64,000 nt of DNA from Chrysomallon squamiferum (lineage: Eukaryota; Animalia; Mollusca). The position numbers and the translations under genes are program-made. Under the pieces are notes generated by a model that worked only from the letters and a program-made list of their open reading frames with translations, was not told the origin of the DNA and did no database searches. The DNA lies in assembly GCA_012295275.1 (NCBI GenBank), contig CM022665.1, forward strand, positions 15,748,001 through 15,812,000. Reading direction: 5' to 3'. Below are positions 1 through 64,000 of the stretch, piece after piece; position 1 is the stretch's first letter, and every line of letters starts with the position of its first letter.

Positions 1-125
1 ATGTACAAATCTTTAAGCACTGGCTTCATAACAAATAAGGTTTGTAATTTTTTAGAGAAAACAGCTGAAATTCCTGACATCTCAAACTAAAATGTTGATA
101 TAATTAAAAAGAAAAAAAATCAAAC

Positions 126-62981
<62,856 letters not shown>

Positions 62982-64000
62982 CTAAAAAGAAAGAAGGATC
63001 AAGTAATAAATAAAAAAAACTAAATAATGATTATATGTATAATAGGATTATTCCAAGTGAATTGGAATAATTTATTGTATAGAATGACGTTTGCCAAGTC
63101 AAAACCAATATCAAACTATATGCCGAAGTAGGTAACTATGAAATATTACATTTCTTTCTTCCACTAAATGAAAATAAATATTTTATACAAAGTGTGCCAG
63201 TATTTTTTTTAAAAAAATTTAATTTTAATTTATTTATTAATTTATTTTCATTATTTAGTAATATGGAATATCAATGTTAAAAGTACAAACCTGAAAATAT
63301 AGTTATACTTTTAAAATAAACCTAAAAGAACACCATTGAAAAGTTATCTAAAGTAAAATAGCTAAATTAGATCCATACAGCCTCAATATTGCATATGAAG
63401 TAGTTATTTATTATAATCATATAATCAAAAGAATTAACATCAAACTTTGTGTTTGTCAATGAAACCACACCATTAAAAAGTTAGACAATATTGCTTAAAT
63501 GACAAAAATAAAAATTATCTTTACCATGATGTCAACCAATATGGAATAAATAATAGTTGTGCAAAACAAATCTGTTGTGTATACAGGAAGCCTTGCATAA
63601 AAATATATTCCTCATATTTGAAAGAAAACAGCAAGATTATATTATGTTTATTTAATACCACTTCAGTCAAATTTATAAGCCATCATATAAATATCATGTC
63701 TGTACTGTAATGAAAAACCCTTACAAATGTTAGAGTATAATCCACACTGTACAGATTTATTTAGCACTGCAATGAGACACATGAAAAATGTTTTTATCAC
63801 ATGACACTTTTCAGTGCAATTTTCAATATGAGATACAAAAAATGTGTCTTCTGTAAAAATGTATGGTTATGTTTTGACACAAGTTATTATACATATATTT
63901 ATATTATATTACTGATCAAAGTTTGATCATGGTGCTGTTAAAGAGATTCGAAGTTAAATCACAAGTGATAAATAAGTAGTGAAAAATGAAAAACTGATCA

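Overview
Very AT-rich, microsatellite-rich eukaryotic genomic DNA. It is an invertebrate, most plausibly a mollusc or other lophotrochozoan (inference from gene and repeat style). The whole window lies inside one minus-strand gene, midasin (MDN1/Rea1). I traced 62 GT-AG exons by hand (62981 down to 126, about 10.5 kb coding, about 3,500 aa, reading-frame phases consistent throughout), running from AAA5/AAA6 through the linker and D/E-rich tail into the MIDAS domain; the gene continues beyond both window ends. Two plus-strand receptor genes with intronless CDSs sit antisense in midasin introns. One is a divergent Cys-loop (nAChR-like) channel subunit that has lost the acetylcholine-binding site (22029-23189). 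The other is an orphan class-A GPCR with degenerate DRY and NPxxY motifs (56764-58050). Splice signals, strand-skew flips and CpG-retaining patches suggest the GPCR transcript starts far upstream and interleaves with several midasin exons. Introns also hold a decayed Ty3/gypsy element with short LTRs, two Tigger/pogo deletion derivatives, a FLYWCH (MULE-like) fragment, SINE-like relics and simple repeats. No rRNA, tRNA or CRISPR was seen.
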